A stretch of DNA of 35,077 bases, taken from positions 727,908 through 762,984 of the forward strand of contig NC_057752.1 in assembly GCF_004010195.1 (NCBI RefSeq). The letters are read 5' to 3'. Positions 1 to 12,700 of this stretch are shown one piece after another (the first letter of the stretch is position 1; each line of letters starts with the position of its first letter). The DNA is from Chiloscyllium plagiosum. Lineage: Eukaryota. The position numbers were made by a program, and so were the translations under genes. Under the pieces are notes generated by a model. That model made no database searches. It saw only the letters and a program-made list of their open reading frames with translations, and was not told the DNA's origin.

Positions 1-110
1 CGAGGAGAAAGTGGAAGAATGGGGTTGAAAAACTTATCAGCCATGATTGAACGTTAGAGCAGACTCGATGGGCTGAATGACCTAACTTCTGCTCCTACGT
101 CTTATGGTCT
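1..110 (+). mobile_element. CR1 LINE 3' UTR fragment (truncated by window edge)
   Basis: GGAGAA..GAATGGGGTTGA..TCAGCCATGATTGAA..GAGCAGACTCGATGGGCTGAATGACCTAA..TCTTATGGTCT matches the 3' end of the CR1 at ~6900-7008. Confidence 0.85.
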
Positions 111-1084
111 AAATATATGTTGCTTCAAAGAGAAGGAACTGTGGACACAGAATACAGATATCTCTGCATTTCCCCAAGAGGGGCAGATAACTGACCATCA
201 AGAAGGGATTGGTTGACTGAATAGCATTTTCTAAGAGGATAAATGAGAGAGCAAATAGAACAATTTCACATCATGGATTTGTGTGTAGTGGAGGGGAAAT
301 TGCCTTTACTGATGGAGATTAATCTTGTGATCACTTATGATGTCTGTTGAGTATAATTTGTGTAAAGAATGAATGATACAGTAAGTTCTCAGGCCTGGAA
401 TAAAGTTGAGTGAAACAGATGGATGAAAATTTCATGTTGTTGACCAGAAGGGAACCATGTGCATTCTGAATAGACCCAATTCCTAGTGGGGCCACAGCAC
501 AAAACAGCCTCGAATTGGCTATTTCACAGGATTGTAGTGTGGGAAATGAAATATTTGTTGTCATTTAAAGTGTCACCCTTTCACGAAAGGGATTTTTTTG
601 GTAAACACACTTCTGTTTCAATATGGAATATTAGTTTCTTTTTTTCTGAAAATGATACATTTGTTCTAACTTCAAAGCATACATTCTAGAGCATTCAACT
701 ATCTTTCTTGTCTGTTAATTTACAATCCTCGACAGCAGTTATCTCTGATCGTCTATCTTAAATATTCCATGTACCAGCCACAATCCATTCACTACCAGTT
801 CACCTGACGTGTTCCAACTTTCAGAAATCCAATCTACTCACTTTAAGTTGTTCTGGAATTTCCCCTCATCCTTCCAAAGGTTTTCTGTTGTCTTAAAACA
901 AAATTGAGTAGGGCATCAGATAGGGCATCCTCTACCAAAATACCCTGCACCTACTGCTGCTCAAGAGCTAAATAACAGATTCTAGCTGCATGCTAGCCTT
1001 TTGACAGAAAGGAAGGACTTCCATTTATATAGCACCTTTCTTGATTTTGATCTCAACTGGGAAGTGCACACCCCAGTGTTGAAA

Positions 1085-1235
1085 TTAGCTATAGAGAGCA
1101 GGAAGGCTCTGGGTCTGTTCCCTCGGCCCCAGGCATGATGAGTTAATGGGTCTCAGCATGAATAGTACCATAATTGGTCTCATTGCCATGAGGTGAAAAG
1201 AGGAAAGATTGTGCAGAGTTCCCACTCCTTTAGCC
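1085..1235 (+). mobile_element. Highly degenerate ancient SINE-like repeat fragment
   Basis: GGAAGGCTCTGGGTCTGTTCCCT..GAGTTAATGGGTCTCAGC..AATTGGTCTCATTGCC; a loosely similar reverse-complement segment lies at ~25400-25500. Family not identified. Confidence 0.35.
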
Positions 1236-1309
1236 TGATTTTAACTCTGTGTAAATGAATAGGTTTTGTGTCTGGATTCTAGTCTTGAACTCAGCAATGA
1301 TGCCCTTCA

Positions 1310-1760
1310 CAAAACCAAAAACATCCCAGTGCTATATAAATTGTTACCGTGGGCGGCACGGTGGCACAGTGGTTAGCACTGCTGCCTCACAGCGCCAGAG
1401 ACCCGGGTTCAATTCCCGCCTCAGGCGACTGACTGTGTGGAGTTTGCACGTTCTCCCCGTGTCCGCGTGGGTTTCCTCCGGGTGCTCCGGTTTCCTCCCA
1501 CAGTCCAAAGATGTGCAGGTCAGGTGAATTGGCCATGCTAAATTGCCCGTAGTGTTAGGTAAGGGGTAAATGTGTGGGTTGTGCTTCGGTGGGGCGGTGT
1601 GGACTTGTTGGGCCGAAGGGCCTGTTTCCACACTGTAAGTAATCTAATCAGAACTAAAATATCCCAGTGCTATGTAAATTGTCACAGAACTGAAATATTC
1701 CAGTGCTATATAAATTGTCACAGAACTAAAACATCCCAGTGCTATGTAAATTGTCACAGA
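1310..1760. repeat. 36-bp minisatellite (about 4 copies) interrupted by an HE1 SINE
   Basis: Unit CAGAACTAAAAYATCCCAGTGCTATRTAAATTGTCA at 1649-1684, 1685-1720 and 1721-1756, plus a diverged copy at 1310-1346 on the other side of the SINE. Confidence 0.9.
1347..1649 (+). mobile_element. HE1-type tRNA-derived SINE (V-SINE superfamily), full length
   Basis: tRNA-like head with A box (TGGCACAGTGG) and B box (GGTTCAATTCC), V-domain CTGTGTGGAGTTTGCACGTTCTCCCCGTG..GGTTTCCTCCCAC, CR1-like tail GGGCCGAAGGGCCTGTTTCC and AATCT end repeats. Confidence 0.95.
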
Positions 1761-2667
1761 AAACAAGAATGCTTGAGTGAAGTGCTGGCACCCACAAAAG
1801 CATAACCCACAAGACTCAACATCTGAAGGGGATTAAACAGGCTTTCCTACTTGTAACCAAAATTTTCAGGTCTGCTCTGGAAACTGTCATCAAAATATAT
1901 GAACGTGAATAAATTCTGCACTGCTTTTAAGTTTTTAAAGTTTCTTCCTGTTTTGTATTTTCATCTGATTGAGTCACTGAGTGACCAGTTAAAGTAGATT
2001 GTAGGACAGAGCTAATAAATTGGTTGGTGTAATCAGAGGCTCAGTAAACCCTTGGCCTGAGCAATGCATTTTTTTAAAAGCATGGCTAGATATCTCATCC
2101 AAATTTGCCTGTCTTGCTGTCTGTCTCTCTTTGTAGAGATCTCCAGGTGATCTATCTCAATAGTGTGTTTCTTCTGGACAGTAACTTGGTAAAATAAACA
2201 ATGGAGGAAATTGGGTATTAATGATGATTGTTCTCAAATTATATCGTGAGCTCTTACTAGAGACTGCATTGTGCTATTATGAATAATAATATCCTCTGTA
2301 TAAACGTGCATCTGTAGACTGCAAGTCTTGTACTCTGCACACTTCCTGTAACACTTGATGTAGCACTTCCTTCTGCCACACTTTTTCGTTGTGCTTAATC
2401 AGAGCTGAATTGATTATAATTGCCCTCAAATTTTTTTCTAATCTCCAAGCATTTTTAAAATTACTTTTATCTCTGGTTGAATCTGATGTATGGTCAGAAA
2501 GTGTACAATGAAGGAAGGATCAAGCTTGACTGTAATGCAGTTACATTAAAATATCCTGTCAGTCACTATCTAATCTCAAACTGAAGAATGGCCACTACAA
2601 TGAGATTCTGGGAAGCAACCTATGGCTGCCACTATTTCTTAGTAGCAGATGATGGAGCATAACATTG

Positions 2668-3205
2668 AATAGAATCATAGAATGAAAGGACACAGGAGGA
2701 GATTATTTGGCTCAAACTGTTTGTGCCTACTCCTTGGAAGAGCTATTGATTAGTCCCATTCCCCTGCCCTTTCCTCCTACTTGAAAGTTATTTTTCCCTT
2801 TTCTCATGTGTATCTCCAATTCTCTTTTGAAAGTCTTTGTTGAATCTGCTTTCATCATTCTTTCAGACAGTGTATTCCAGCTCACAATATGCTGCATTAA
2901 AAAAAAATCTGGTCCTTTTGCCAAATTTTCCATCTGGGTCCCCTGGTTACTGACCTTTCTGCAAATGGAATCCGTTTCTTCCTCTCTATCAAATCCATTG
3001 TAATTTTGAATGCCTCTTTTAAATCTCCCCTTAGCTTTCTCTGCTCCAAGGAGAACAATCCCAGTTTCTCCAATCTCTTCTCATTAACTGAAGTCCTTCA
3101 CACTAGTATCAATCTGGTAAATCTCCTTTACACCCTCTCCAAGGCCTTGACCATCCTTCCTGAATTGGACACCTTACTCCGGCTGACACCTCACTGCTTT
3201 TATAA
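2668..3205 (-). mobile_element. Old CR1 LINE 3' fragment
   Basis: Tail repeat ATAGAATCATAGAA; minus ORF 2727-2933 contains FFLMQHIVSWNTLSERMMKADSTKTFKRELE, a degenerate CR1 ORF2 C-terminus (FFxQRVVxxWNxLP..FKxxLD). Confidence 0.8.
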
Positions 3206-4529
3206 ATCATTGATTTTATATCTATGTGCAAGGGGCAATTGTAGAATCTTTGCACACTTTCTATAATTTCAGTTTACATGGTTGCATGTAAACTTTGTCC
3301 TGCCCAGCTATTCCAGTATTCACTTTTTTGTGCTGTAGTTCTGGTTCTTGTAATTGAGCTGGATTAACTCCAGTAAAGGATGTACAATTTCCATCATATG
3401 TATATGTCTGTGTCTCTGTACCTGTGGTGTGAATCTTGAATTACTAGTAACAGTCTGGTTGAAGTACCATGTTTCTAGAATTGCATTTCTCTTTCCTTCA
3501 TGATGTTTCATAGCTAAGCAACTCAAAGCCATGATCAGTGCCTTGCAGAGTCCATTACACACTGATGTCAATCAGCAATCCTGTTTAATGTGTCCATCCT
3601 CTGCCCCATTGCAGCCTATTGAGACTGAAGCTAATTGTATTTCTCCCATGATTGAGGTCTATACCTGAGTTCAGCTAACTTGGGTACGGACCAGCAATTG
3701 ATACTGAAGTCTCCACGGTCTGTGTACTTCAGTGCCACCAACTCTGCAGTTGAGGGCAGCTGGCAAATAATGGCAAATCCTGTATTTCAAATGTGAAGAC
3801 ACAGGTTAGAATTCTCAGTGAGTCATAGAGTCATAGAGATGTACAGCATTCGGCTATTATGGGAGAGAGTTCCATAGGCAGGAGATAGTGGGTTGTGAAG
3901 TTTGACATCTGCTTATTTCATGCAGATATTTTTGATTGATACAGAAAATGAGGCATAGATTGCTTCGTTCACAAAGACATGAAAATTAATATTTCTCTTG
4001 GCACCTGTCCAAACCATATTTTAATTCGCTGTTGTTACTAAAGGGAAACAAGATCCAAGACATCATTAAAATGTTTTATAACTATACATTGTAAATAAAA
4101 ACACGTCATCCTTTTTTTGCACGGTTGATTTGAAAGGTTCCCAGCAGTTCAGCCAGCCGCAATGTTCTGAGGACCTCCAGTGGGATGGGGATGGAGTTTC
4201 AGCAGGGTAGTATCACTTGTGATTTGGGTTAAGTATCATCCATATCAGTGTTGATTCATCCCTCTGTGTTGATTCTGTAAAGCACTTTAACTTGGGCAAC
4301 CTGTGCCTGTCTCTCTTTTCATTTTTAGGTGATTGCTGCACTATTCTTTGTCTTTCTCCACCAATCTCCACCTCATCCCCACCTCTCCTACAGATGATGG
4401 TTACAGTTGGAGTTCCATGGATCCTGATCACTACCCCCGTGACATGAAAAACACTGACTGAGGATTGGGTTAAGATGAATATTCTAACATTATGCTGTTA
4501 AAGATGAGGTACAGGCTCTTTTGGTGCTG

Positions 4530-7008
4530 TGGTAGGAAGGATGTGGGTCAGAAAATAATTCCGCAGATAGAAAAGACATGTAAGAAAGGTAGTATTACAA
4601 TAATCTTGGGGGACTTCAATATGGACTAGGAAAATCAGGTTGGCAGCAGATCTTAAGAAAAGGAATTCATGGAATGTCCACGAGATGGTTTTTGGTGCAA
4701 CTTGTGGTAGACTCCACTAGGGAACAGGCAATCCTGGATTTAGTGATGTGTAATGAGGCAGGTTTGAATAGGGAACTGATGGTAAAAGAACCCCGAGAGA
4801 CCAGTGACCATAATACGATAGAATCCAACCTGCAGTTTGTAAGGGAGAAGCTGGAATCAGAGGAAGCAATATAACAGTTGAGTAAAGGTAACTACAAAGA
4901 CATGAGGGAGGAATTGGCTAGAGTTGATTGGAAGGGGAGCCTACCAGGGAAGATGGTGGAGCATCAACGGCAGGAGTTTCTGGGGGTAATTCAGGAGGCA
5001 CAGCAGAAATTCATCCCAAGGAAGAAGAAACATGCTGAGGGGAGGATGAGGCAACCTTGACTGACATGGGAAGTCAGGAACAGCATAAAGACAAAAGAAA
5101 AAGCAAACAATGTGGTGAAGATTAGTGGGAAGCGAGAAGATTGGGAAACCTTTAAAAACCAGCAAAAGACAACTAAAAAAGCAATAGGGGGAAAAGATGA
5201 AACATGAGAGTACGTTAGCTAATAATAATGGAAGATTGTAAGAGCTTTTTTTTAGATATTTAAAAAGTAAGAGAGAGACAAGAGTAGCCATTGCAGTACT
5301 GGAAAATGAAGCGACAGAAGTCATAATGGGGAACAAACAAATGACAGAGGAACTGAATGGGTACTTTGTATCAGTCTTCATGGTGAAAGATACCTGCAAC
5401 ATACCAGAACTTCAAGAGAATCAGGGGGTAGAAGTGAGTGTAATGGCCATCACTAAGGAGAAAGTGCTGGGGAAGCTGAAAGGTCTGAAGGGGGATAAAT
5501 CACCTGGACCAGATAGACTACACCCCAGAGTTCTTAAGGAATCACTGAGAGTCAGGGAGTGTTCCAGATGACTGGAAAATGGCTAATGTAACGCCCTTGT
5601 TTACGAAGGGAGGGAGACAGAAGATAGGAAATTATAGGCCAACTAGCCTGACCTCTGATGTTGGTAAGGTTTTAGAGTCCATTATTAAGGATGAGATTGC
5701 AGAGTACTTGGAAGTGATGGTTGAAATAGGGCGGAGTCAGCACAGCTTCAAGGGGAGGTCACGTCTGACAAATCTGTTAAGAGTTCTTTGAGGAGGTAGT
5801 GAGCAAGTAAGACAAAGGAGAGCCTTTGGATGTGATCAATTTGGATTTCCGGAAGGCCTTTGACAAGCTGCTACATAGGAGGCTGCTAAATAAGAGGAGA
5901 GCCCATGGCATGAATAGAGGATTGGCTGACTGGCAGAAAGCAGCAAGTAGGGATAAAGGTGTCCTTTTCAGGATCGCAGTTGGTGACTAGTGGAATTCCG
6001 CAGGGGTCAGTGTTGGGCCCATAACTATTCACGTTATACATTAACAATTCGGACAAAGGAACCGAGGTCATTGTTGCTAAGTTGCAGATGACACAAGGAT
6101 GGGTAGAGGGACGGGTAGAGGGACAGGTAGTGTTGAGGAAGCGGGGAGGCTGCAGAAGGACTTTGATGTGCTTGGCGCGTGGGCAGAGAACTGGCAGATG
6201 GAATACAATGTGGGAAAGTGTGAGGTTATGCACTTTGGTAGGAAAAATAGAGGTGTAGGCTACTTTCTATACAGGGAAAAGCTTTGGAAATCTGAAGCAC
6301 AAAACAACTTGGGAGTCCTAGTTCAAGATCCTCTTAAGGTTAAAATGCAAGTTCACTTGGCAGTCAGGAAGGCTAATGCAGTGTTGGCATTCATTTCAAG
6401 AGGGCTGGAATACAAAAGAAAGATGTACTGTTGAGGCTGTGTAAGGCCCTGGTCAAATTGGATTTGGAATGTTGTGAGCAGTTTTGTGTCCCATATCTTA
6501 GGAAAGTTGTGCTGAAGTTGGAGGGGCTCCAGAGGAAGTTTATAAGAATGACCCCAGGATGAAGGGCTTGTCATATGAGGAGCAGTTGAGGCCTCTGAGT
6601 TTGCACTCGATAGAGTTTGGACGGTTGAGGGGGTATCTGATTGAAATTTACAGAATGCTGAGAGGCCTAGATTGCACGGATGTGGAGAAGATGTTTCCAC
6701 TAATAGGAGAGACTAGGACGTGAGCGCACAGCCTCAGAGTGAAGGGATGACCCTTTAGGACTGAGATGAGGAGGAACTTCTTCAGCTAGAGAGTGTTTAA
6801 TCTATGGAACTCATTTCCACAGAGGGCTGTGAAGGCCAAGTCATTGAGGGCATTTAAGACAGAGCTAGATAGGTTCTTGATTATTAAGGGAATCAAGGGT
6901 TACAAGGAGAAGGCAGGAGAATAGGGCTGAGAAAAATATTAGTCATGATTGAATGGTGGAGCAGACTTGTTGGGCCGAATGACCTAATTTTGCTTCTGTA
7001 TCTTATTT
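4530..7008 (+). mobile_element. CR1 LINE, 5'-truncated and pseudogenised ORF2 (end of APE endonuclease, RT, 3' UTR)
   Basis: GDFN (GGGGACTTCAAT ~4610), TREQAILDLV, KSPGPDRLHPRVLKE, NYRPTSLTSDVGK, LDF.KAFDK, SGIPQGSVLGP, ADDT (~6084) and QMEYNVGKCEVMHFG are spread over several frames with stops and frameshifts; it ends in a CR1 3' UTR. Confidence 0.95.
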
Positions 7009-7454
7009 TAACCGACACATGCATATATATTTGTATGCCTGCAGGACTGTACTAATATTCATGACATCAAAATGGACATCAAAATTGAGAGCTTTTACAA
7101 AAACAAAAAATGTCCTAGCAGCTGTGATGTATTTGTTGCCTAAACAGACAACTTGAGGAATATAAATCATTATATTACACCATTATAGAATGTGGGATAG
7201 CAAACTAAAACTGCTGACTTTGTTTTGTTATGTACTGGCCAGGAATCTCTCTATTGTTTCAAATGGGAAAATACTTTGGATTTCTTAAGTGCTTACAAAG
7301 GATGATTGACTCAGTGTGTACTTGGTTCAAGAAAGATGTATAAATTCAGAGATTGTCTGTTCCCAGTTGGGAGCCAGGCTTGTGAAGAAAATTGTTTAAG
7401 AGTTGTTCACAATATTGCAGTATAGATTCTTCAACCTGTGCTGTCGTTGAGTTT

Positions 7455-7690
7455 TATTCATTTACAGGACATGAGGCCAGCATTTATTGTCCATTCCACT
7501 TGCCTTTGAGATGGTTCTGGTGAGCTGCCTTTTTGAACCGCTGGGGTCCATGTGGTGTTGGGACACCCAAAATGATATTAGGGAAGGAGTTCCAGGATTT
7601 TGACCCTGTAACAGTGAAGGAACAATGTTATAGTTCCAAGTCAGGATGGTGAATGATTAGAGGGGAACTTGTAGATGGTATTCCCATTTA
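7455..7690 (-). mobile_element. LINE (CR1/L2-group) 3' end fragment
   Basis: GGCCAGCATTTATTG..GGTGAGCTGCC..GAACCGCTG..GGAGTTCCAGGATTTTGACCC matches the start of the longer copy at 13775-14635. Confidence 0.75.
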
Positions 7691-8647
7691 TGAGTGAAGT
7701 TCACTGAAAGTGCAAGGCAACTGAATTTCTCTTATGACTTTCTCTGCAGTGACTGGAGCCTCATGTCCATTTCTTTGTTTGAAAAAGCCAATTAGACAGG
7801 GTGTTAAGGAAACATGTCATCTTCCTTTCAGTTGCCATGAGAGTTTCTGACTCCGTAGCAATCCAACAGGTCTGAAGCTAGGTCTTAACTTGCCTCTACA
7901 GTTGGCCTGCCAGCTCTTTTTCCAATATATATTGGTTGTGGAAAATGACTCTGAAAACGTATTCTTTTGAGCCATTGTAAATCCAATGGGTCTCACAATG
8001 CAAGAGAAGTTTGTTGAAAGACTAGTAATTCTAAATTGCAGGAGAAAAGATCTATAATATGAAAACTACTATGAAACTGTTGAAAGGAAGAAATTGGTTC
8101 TATAAAAATCCAGCAGTTAAACTGACAAGCCTAATGTTATGTGTTGTGAAATAGTCCAAGGAAAACACTCCCATTAGATTTAAGTACATTTTTTAAATGT
8201 GAAATAGCAATTCAGATTTCATGTGGGCATATATTATAAATGGCTTGAGCACTAAGTGCTGCTTATTGAAGACCTCGCAGTTATCATTTCCCAGGAAGAA
8301 GGGGCTAGGATAGAATAGACCTTTTCTACACAAAGATGCATGTGTCTGTCTTTTAAAAACATGTTCAGGATAGCTTGATAGGAAATACCTTATGTTGTTC
8401 GTTCATCTCCACAAAAAGACTGAATAGGGCAATTGTAGTTTCAGCCTTTCTAAGTATAATTAAAACTCAGATACTTCCTCAATATAACATTGCTTGTGAT
8501 GGGTCGGAAGGTGGCAACGACTTGGGTTGGGTGACTGAATGCTATTTTCATGTTGTTCAGATTGGGAATTTAAAAACAAAGGCATTGTGTTGAACTAGGA
8601 GTCAACAGTTGGGTACCAGCTTCCCACCTAGCCTGGTTTTTACCTAT

Positions 8648-8761
8648 TTTTGTAATCAATCTGTTCAGAGATGTTATTATACACCTCTGGAGCAAGTTGG
8701 ACTTGAACCTAGGCCTCCTTGTCAAAGGGTAGGAACACTGCAACCGTGCCACAAGAGGGCC
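8648..8761 (-). mobile_element. tRNA-derived SINE head (non-HE1 family)
   Basis: Minus strand reads GGCCCTCTTGTGGCACGGTTGCAGTG..CTAGGTTCAAGTCC, with A-box/B-box spacing typical of tRNA-SINE heads. Confidence 0.65.
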
Positions 8762-9404
8762 TAGCCTAGTCCTTATAATGTGATCAATGATTAAACAAAC
8801 TCGAGCTCCTCATTTCACACCAGAAGTTATCTTTGTATTGTAGCTTGGTGGCAATTGCCATTTTCTCCTTTGAAGGCTTTCAACCCGTTTATAAGATGTA
8901 ACACTGACAGAATTTATTAAAGGCAAACAATCACTTGACTGTGAGGCAAAATAAACTGGAGATTCTAATCTGAAGCAGAGATCTGGCAGGAAGACCACCC
9001 TTGGTAATGAAGAAAGTAATGAAAACAAGCATAGTTTTCCATATTAATCATTTAAACAAAAATGCTTTGTTCCGACTCTCCTACCCTTGCTACTCTCATG
9101 CTGCATTGCAATTCTATGGTTCATTCAAATGGCTATTCCTAATGTGTGATTTCAAACATTGACTGTTATCAGTCTATTTGACTGTGCGGAAGAATCACCC
9201 ACAAGCTAATTAGGAGCAGGAACACTGGCTTTTTCTCACTGCATCCTATTTTTGGGGTAGTAAGTTGCTTGGAATAACCTAGATTTTATTTCATTTTGAG
9301 AGGTGGGTAGTAGTGTTTATTGCCTCTCCCTATTGGCCACACTGTGTGGGCCTAGAGATTGCAATTTGTAGTTGACTGAAGTTGACTTTTAACTCTGATC
9401 CCCA

Positions 9405-9751
9405 TAGCACAAAATTTAGATTGGTGCTCAATGATGTACTGAAGGGAATGTTCACTATCAGAGGTCCTTTCTGCCTTCTCAAGTGGGGACGTAACAGATT
9501 CCATAACAATATTTCATAGAAGAGTAAGGGAATTCTCCCTGATATCCTAGTCAATGATTTGCCCTCAATCAACACCACAAACATGGTTATTTGAGCATTA
9601 TCATGTTGCTATATGTGGAGTTTGCTGTGCACAAATTCATTACTATATCTCCTGCAGTAAAGCTGTGGGTACACTGCGAAAGTACTTCCTTGGTTGTAAA
9701 GTGCTTTGAGATGTCCTAAGGCTGTGAAAGGTGCGATAAAAATGCAAGTTC
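9405..9751 (+). mobile_element. DeuSINE (SacSINE1/AmnSINE-like) body and tail
   Basis: GTGGGGACGTAACAGATTCCAT..GAAGAGTAAGGGAATTCTCCC..CCCTCAATCAACACCAC..TTGCTGTGCACAAATT..AAGTACTTC..GTAAAGTGCTTTGAGATGTCCT..GTGAAAGGTGCGATAAAAATGCAAG resembles the Deu-domain and its tail. Confidence 0.75.
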
Positions 9752-11170
9752 AGCTCAAGCTACATCTTTTGTCTATTTTTGTCTTTTTTTATTTTGAAAG
9801 CCAGGGTTAATCTCCAAATTGAGTTTCTCCAAACTGAGTGATCTAGTTGCCTGTTGACTGATTGGATATTAATGAGTGTTGAATAAGTCTCATTTTTAGA
9901 ATGAAGCGAGAGGTTAAAAGCAATGCAGTTCAAGGTCATGTAAGTGTCTAAATTGGCTTGTGTTTTGGCCTATTAGTCTATGAATGATCGTTCCCTTGTG
10001 GCTGATGAAGGAACAGAGGCCTTGGAATAGATTCCAAGCTTTCAGCTGCAGACTGTGCTGTAATTGGCTTTAATCGCATTTTCAAAGGGTCATTCCAACA
10101 TTATTGTGATAAGAATTCATTGAAAATCCTTTGATTCCTGTTGTTTTGTTTTTGTTCTATTTTAATTTTGAAGAAGCCTCTTCTATTCAGGAACAGTTCA
10201 AAATATTCAAACATTGATGAAATAGGCTGAGTGGCATGGCAACATATAATAAGTATTGAATGCTGTCTTGGCCATTGCATCTTGCATTGCTGCTGTTTTG
10301 ATGATGATGTCAGGACCATCTCTGTGATTACAATATGTGTGTCCCAAAATCTTGAAGAACCTAGCAATGTCAATATCTGGGTGATTATATCCAGAGTCAG
10401 TCACATTTTTGTCTTCAACCTATGGCTCTGGTGTCTCATCAGGGTATCTCAATTTTTAAAAATAACTTCTGCTTTCTTAAGCCACTTGTAAATATAAATA
10501 TCATTGTTTTTAACAGAAAGCATTATGATAGGGGAAAATACTGCTGACAACTGATGTCTGCCCTGGATGGCAAAACCTGGCATTCTCCAACCATTTCAGT
10601 CATAGACCTCATGTGAAAAAGGATTATGAAGGATTCCTGGAGTTCAATTTTCCTTAACAATTGAGCTCTTTCTTTTCCTCCTTCTCCCCATAATTATTAC
10701 AAAGAAATTATTACATTTTGGTGATGATAAAAGGGTGCATCAATTATTGTGAAAGCCAGAGGAACACATCCTGTCCTCTGCTCTCTATAATATTTATTAT
10801 AGAGGGCAGGGGACATAATTCATTACTGCTTAGCAAGTGCTGCTAAAAATTGGTCATTTGTATCTTGAAGCATACAGTTCAATCTCTTTAATTTGTGTTG
10901 ATGATTGAAATGCTGATCTGATATAATATTGTAAGGATAATCTGAGGGTAAAGCATTGTGAGATATTGTTAGGCATCATATTTGCACACTCTACATTACA
11001 AGAGTATGTAGTTCCCATCTTTAGTGTAATTATTCTGACATTTGAGGTACTGACACCATTTTTGTTGGTCTAGGCATTTTGGCACTGCACTGAACTCTTT
11101 TAAATTGTCCTTTTGGTTGTTTTTGTACTGTGGGCTCCTGACATACCAGGCTGTCAAGGCCACTGACAAC

Positions 11171-11832
11171 AGCATAAATTTAAGGTGATCAGTAGGAGGA
11201 AAAACTTTCCTCACTAGAGGGTGATGGGTATTTCGATTTCACTGCTCTGTTTGTTTTGGTGGTTGAGGTAGAAACATTTAACTCATTTAAAAGGAACCTG
11301 GATCTTCACCTGAAGTGCTGTAAACTGCAAGGCCATGGATTGGTGCTGGTAAGTGGGATTAGACTGAGCAGCTATTTAATTGAACTGTCACAGACACAAT
11401 GAGCTGAATAGCCTCTTTCTGTGCTGTAACTTTTCTCTGATTCTAGTTGCCTAGGCTAGCAGTTGGATAAAACCCTGTGACTCTTAAGCAAAAAATGGAC
11501 TGTTAGTTGAGGTAGTTCAAGATAACTGTTTGTAGCACTATATCTCAACAGAAGCCAGAGGACATGAATTTAATTTTTGGCAAATGAACCATAGGGAATT
11601 TGAGGAGAAATTATTTTATACAGTGAGTTGTTGTGATCTGGAATTCATGGGCTGAAAGAGCAGAGCAAAGTCAGTGTTAACTTTCATAAGAGAATTGGAT
11701 AAATACTAGAAAAAGGAGAAATGTGTAGGGCATTTGGGAGAGTACAGGGAAGTGCAACTAATTGGATAGCTTCTTCAAAGAGCTGGCACAGGAATGATGG
11801 GTTGAGTGGCCTCTTTTACCCTGTTTGGTTCT
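11171..11832 (+). mobile_element. Two adjacent degenerate CR1 3' ends (11171-11445, 11555-11832)
   Basis: Each has a decayed ORF2 C-terminus (TTTAAAAGGAACCTGGAT; AAGAGAATTGGATAAATA) followed by the ATGGGYTGARTRGCCT stem-loop region. Confidence 0.7.
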
Positions 11833-12104
11833 TTTATTTGAATTCACTTTCTGAACGATCACACTGGATTAATTAACCTAAGTCAAGGGATAGGTAACAT
11901 AATTTTGTGCATATTAGGTAAGCAGTTGAAGAAGACACCTCTTATGAGCAGTTCTTTCCATGAATGTTAAACATATTCCTTGGACAATTTATGCAACCAC
12001 ATTTTTAGGAAATTCCCTTCAAATGCATGAGCTGAAAGGTTGTGAGTAAGGCATTCTTTTCAAAAGAAGTGCTTTGTAAAGTTAAAAAGCGTGAGGGATA
12101 GATT

Positions 12105-12552
12105 TAGAACATAGAACAGTACAGCACAGTACAGGCCCTTCGGCTCCAATGTTGGGCCGAGCATTTATCTTAATCTCAGATCAACCTAACCTACACACCC
12201 CTCAATTTACTGCTGTCCATGTACATGTCCAGCTGTCACTTAAATGTCCCTAATGTCTCTTGACTCCACTACCACCGCTGGCAGTGCATTCTACGCACCC
12301 ACCAGTCTCTGTGTAAAGAACCTACTTCTGACATCTCCCTCCAATCATCTTAAATTTATGACCCCACATGACAGCCATTTCTGCCCTGGGAAATGTCTCT
12401 GGCTATCTACTCTATCCAAGCCTCTCATTACCTTGTACACCTCTATCAAGTCACCTCTCTTCCTTCTTCTCTCCAGTATGAAAAGCCCGAGCTCACTCAA
12501 CCTCTCTTCATAAGACATGCCCTCCAATCCAGGCAGCATCCTGGTAAATCTA
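12105..12552 (-). mobile_element. CR1 (HER1-like) LINE 3' fragment
   Basis: Tail TAGAACATAGAAC; minus ORF MLPGLEGMSYEERLSELGLFILERRRKRGDLIEVYKVMRGLDRV is canonical CR1 ORF2. Confidence 0.92.
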
Positions 12553-12577
12553 TATAACCGTGAAATCTAAGATCTAG

Positions 12578-12700
12578 TTGCTTCACTTCAAGTCAGAAGG
12601 TGGTGGTTCAAGCCCTATTCTCTAAATTTGAACATGATCCAGGTTAATACTTCAGTGCAATGCCAGGAGCGTGCTGCACTGTCAGAGATGCTGTCAGCAA
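12578..12700 (+). mobile_element. DeuSINE 5' head fragment
   Basis: AGTCAGAAGGTGGTGGTTCAAGCCC..CTTCAGTGCA..GTGCTGCACTGTCAGAGATGC; same family as 17240-17470 and the start of 9405. Confidence 0.6.

Noticed and set aside
1351..1420. tRNA gene
   Set aside because: The A/B boxes are followed by a V-domain and LINE-like tail and recur in several copies; it is a SINE head, not a tRNA.
1649..1760. 36-bp repeats of CRISPR-like length
   Set aside because: Units are head-to-tail with no unique spacers, there are no cas genes, and the context is vertebrate; it is a minisatellite.
1255..1805. Recurring ORFs (GGTVVSTAASQRQRPG.., HLTCTSLDCGRKPEHPEE..) also at 18283 and 23491
   Set aside because: They are translations of HE1 SINE copies and the minisatellite, not a protein family.
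10040..10490. Overlapping ORFs with faint similarity to a Harbinger transposase (IARFFKILGHTYCNH, FLNRRGF) or a non-LTR RT (IEEASSKLK..IFNEFL)
   Set aside because: The motifs fall in different frames with wrong spacing and stops, so I cannot separate them from chance. A TBLASTN/HMM search against TE proteins would decide.
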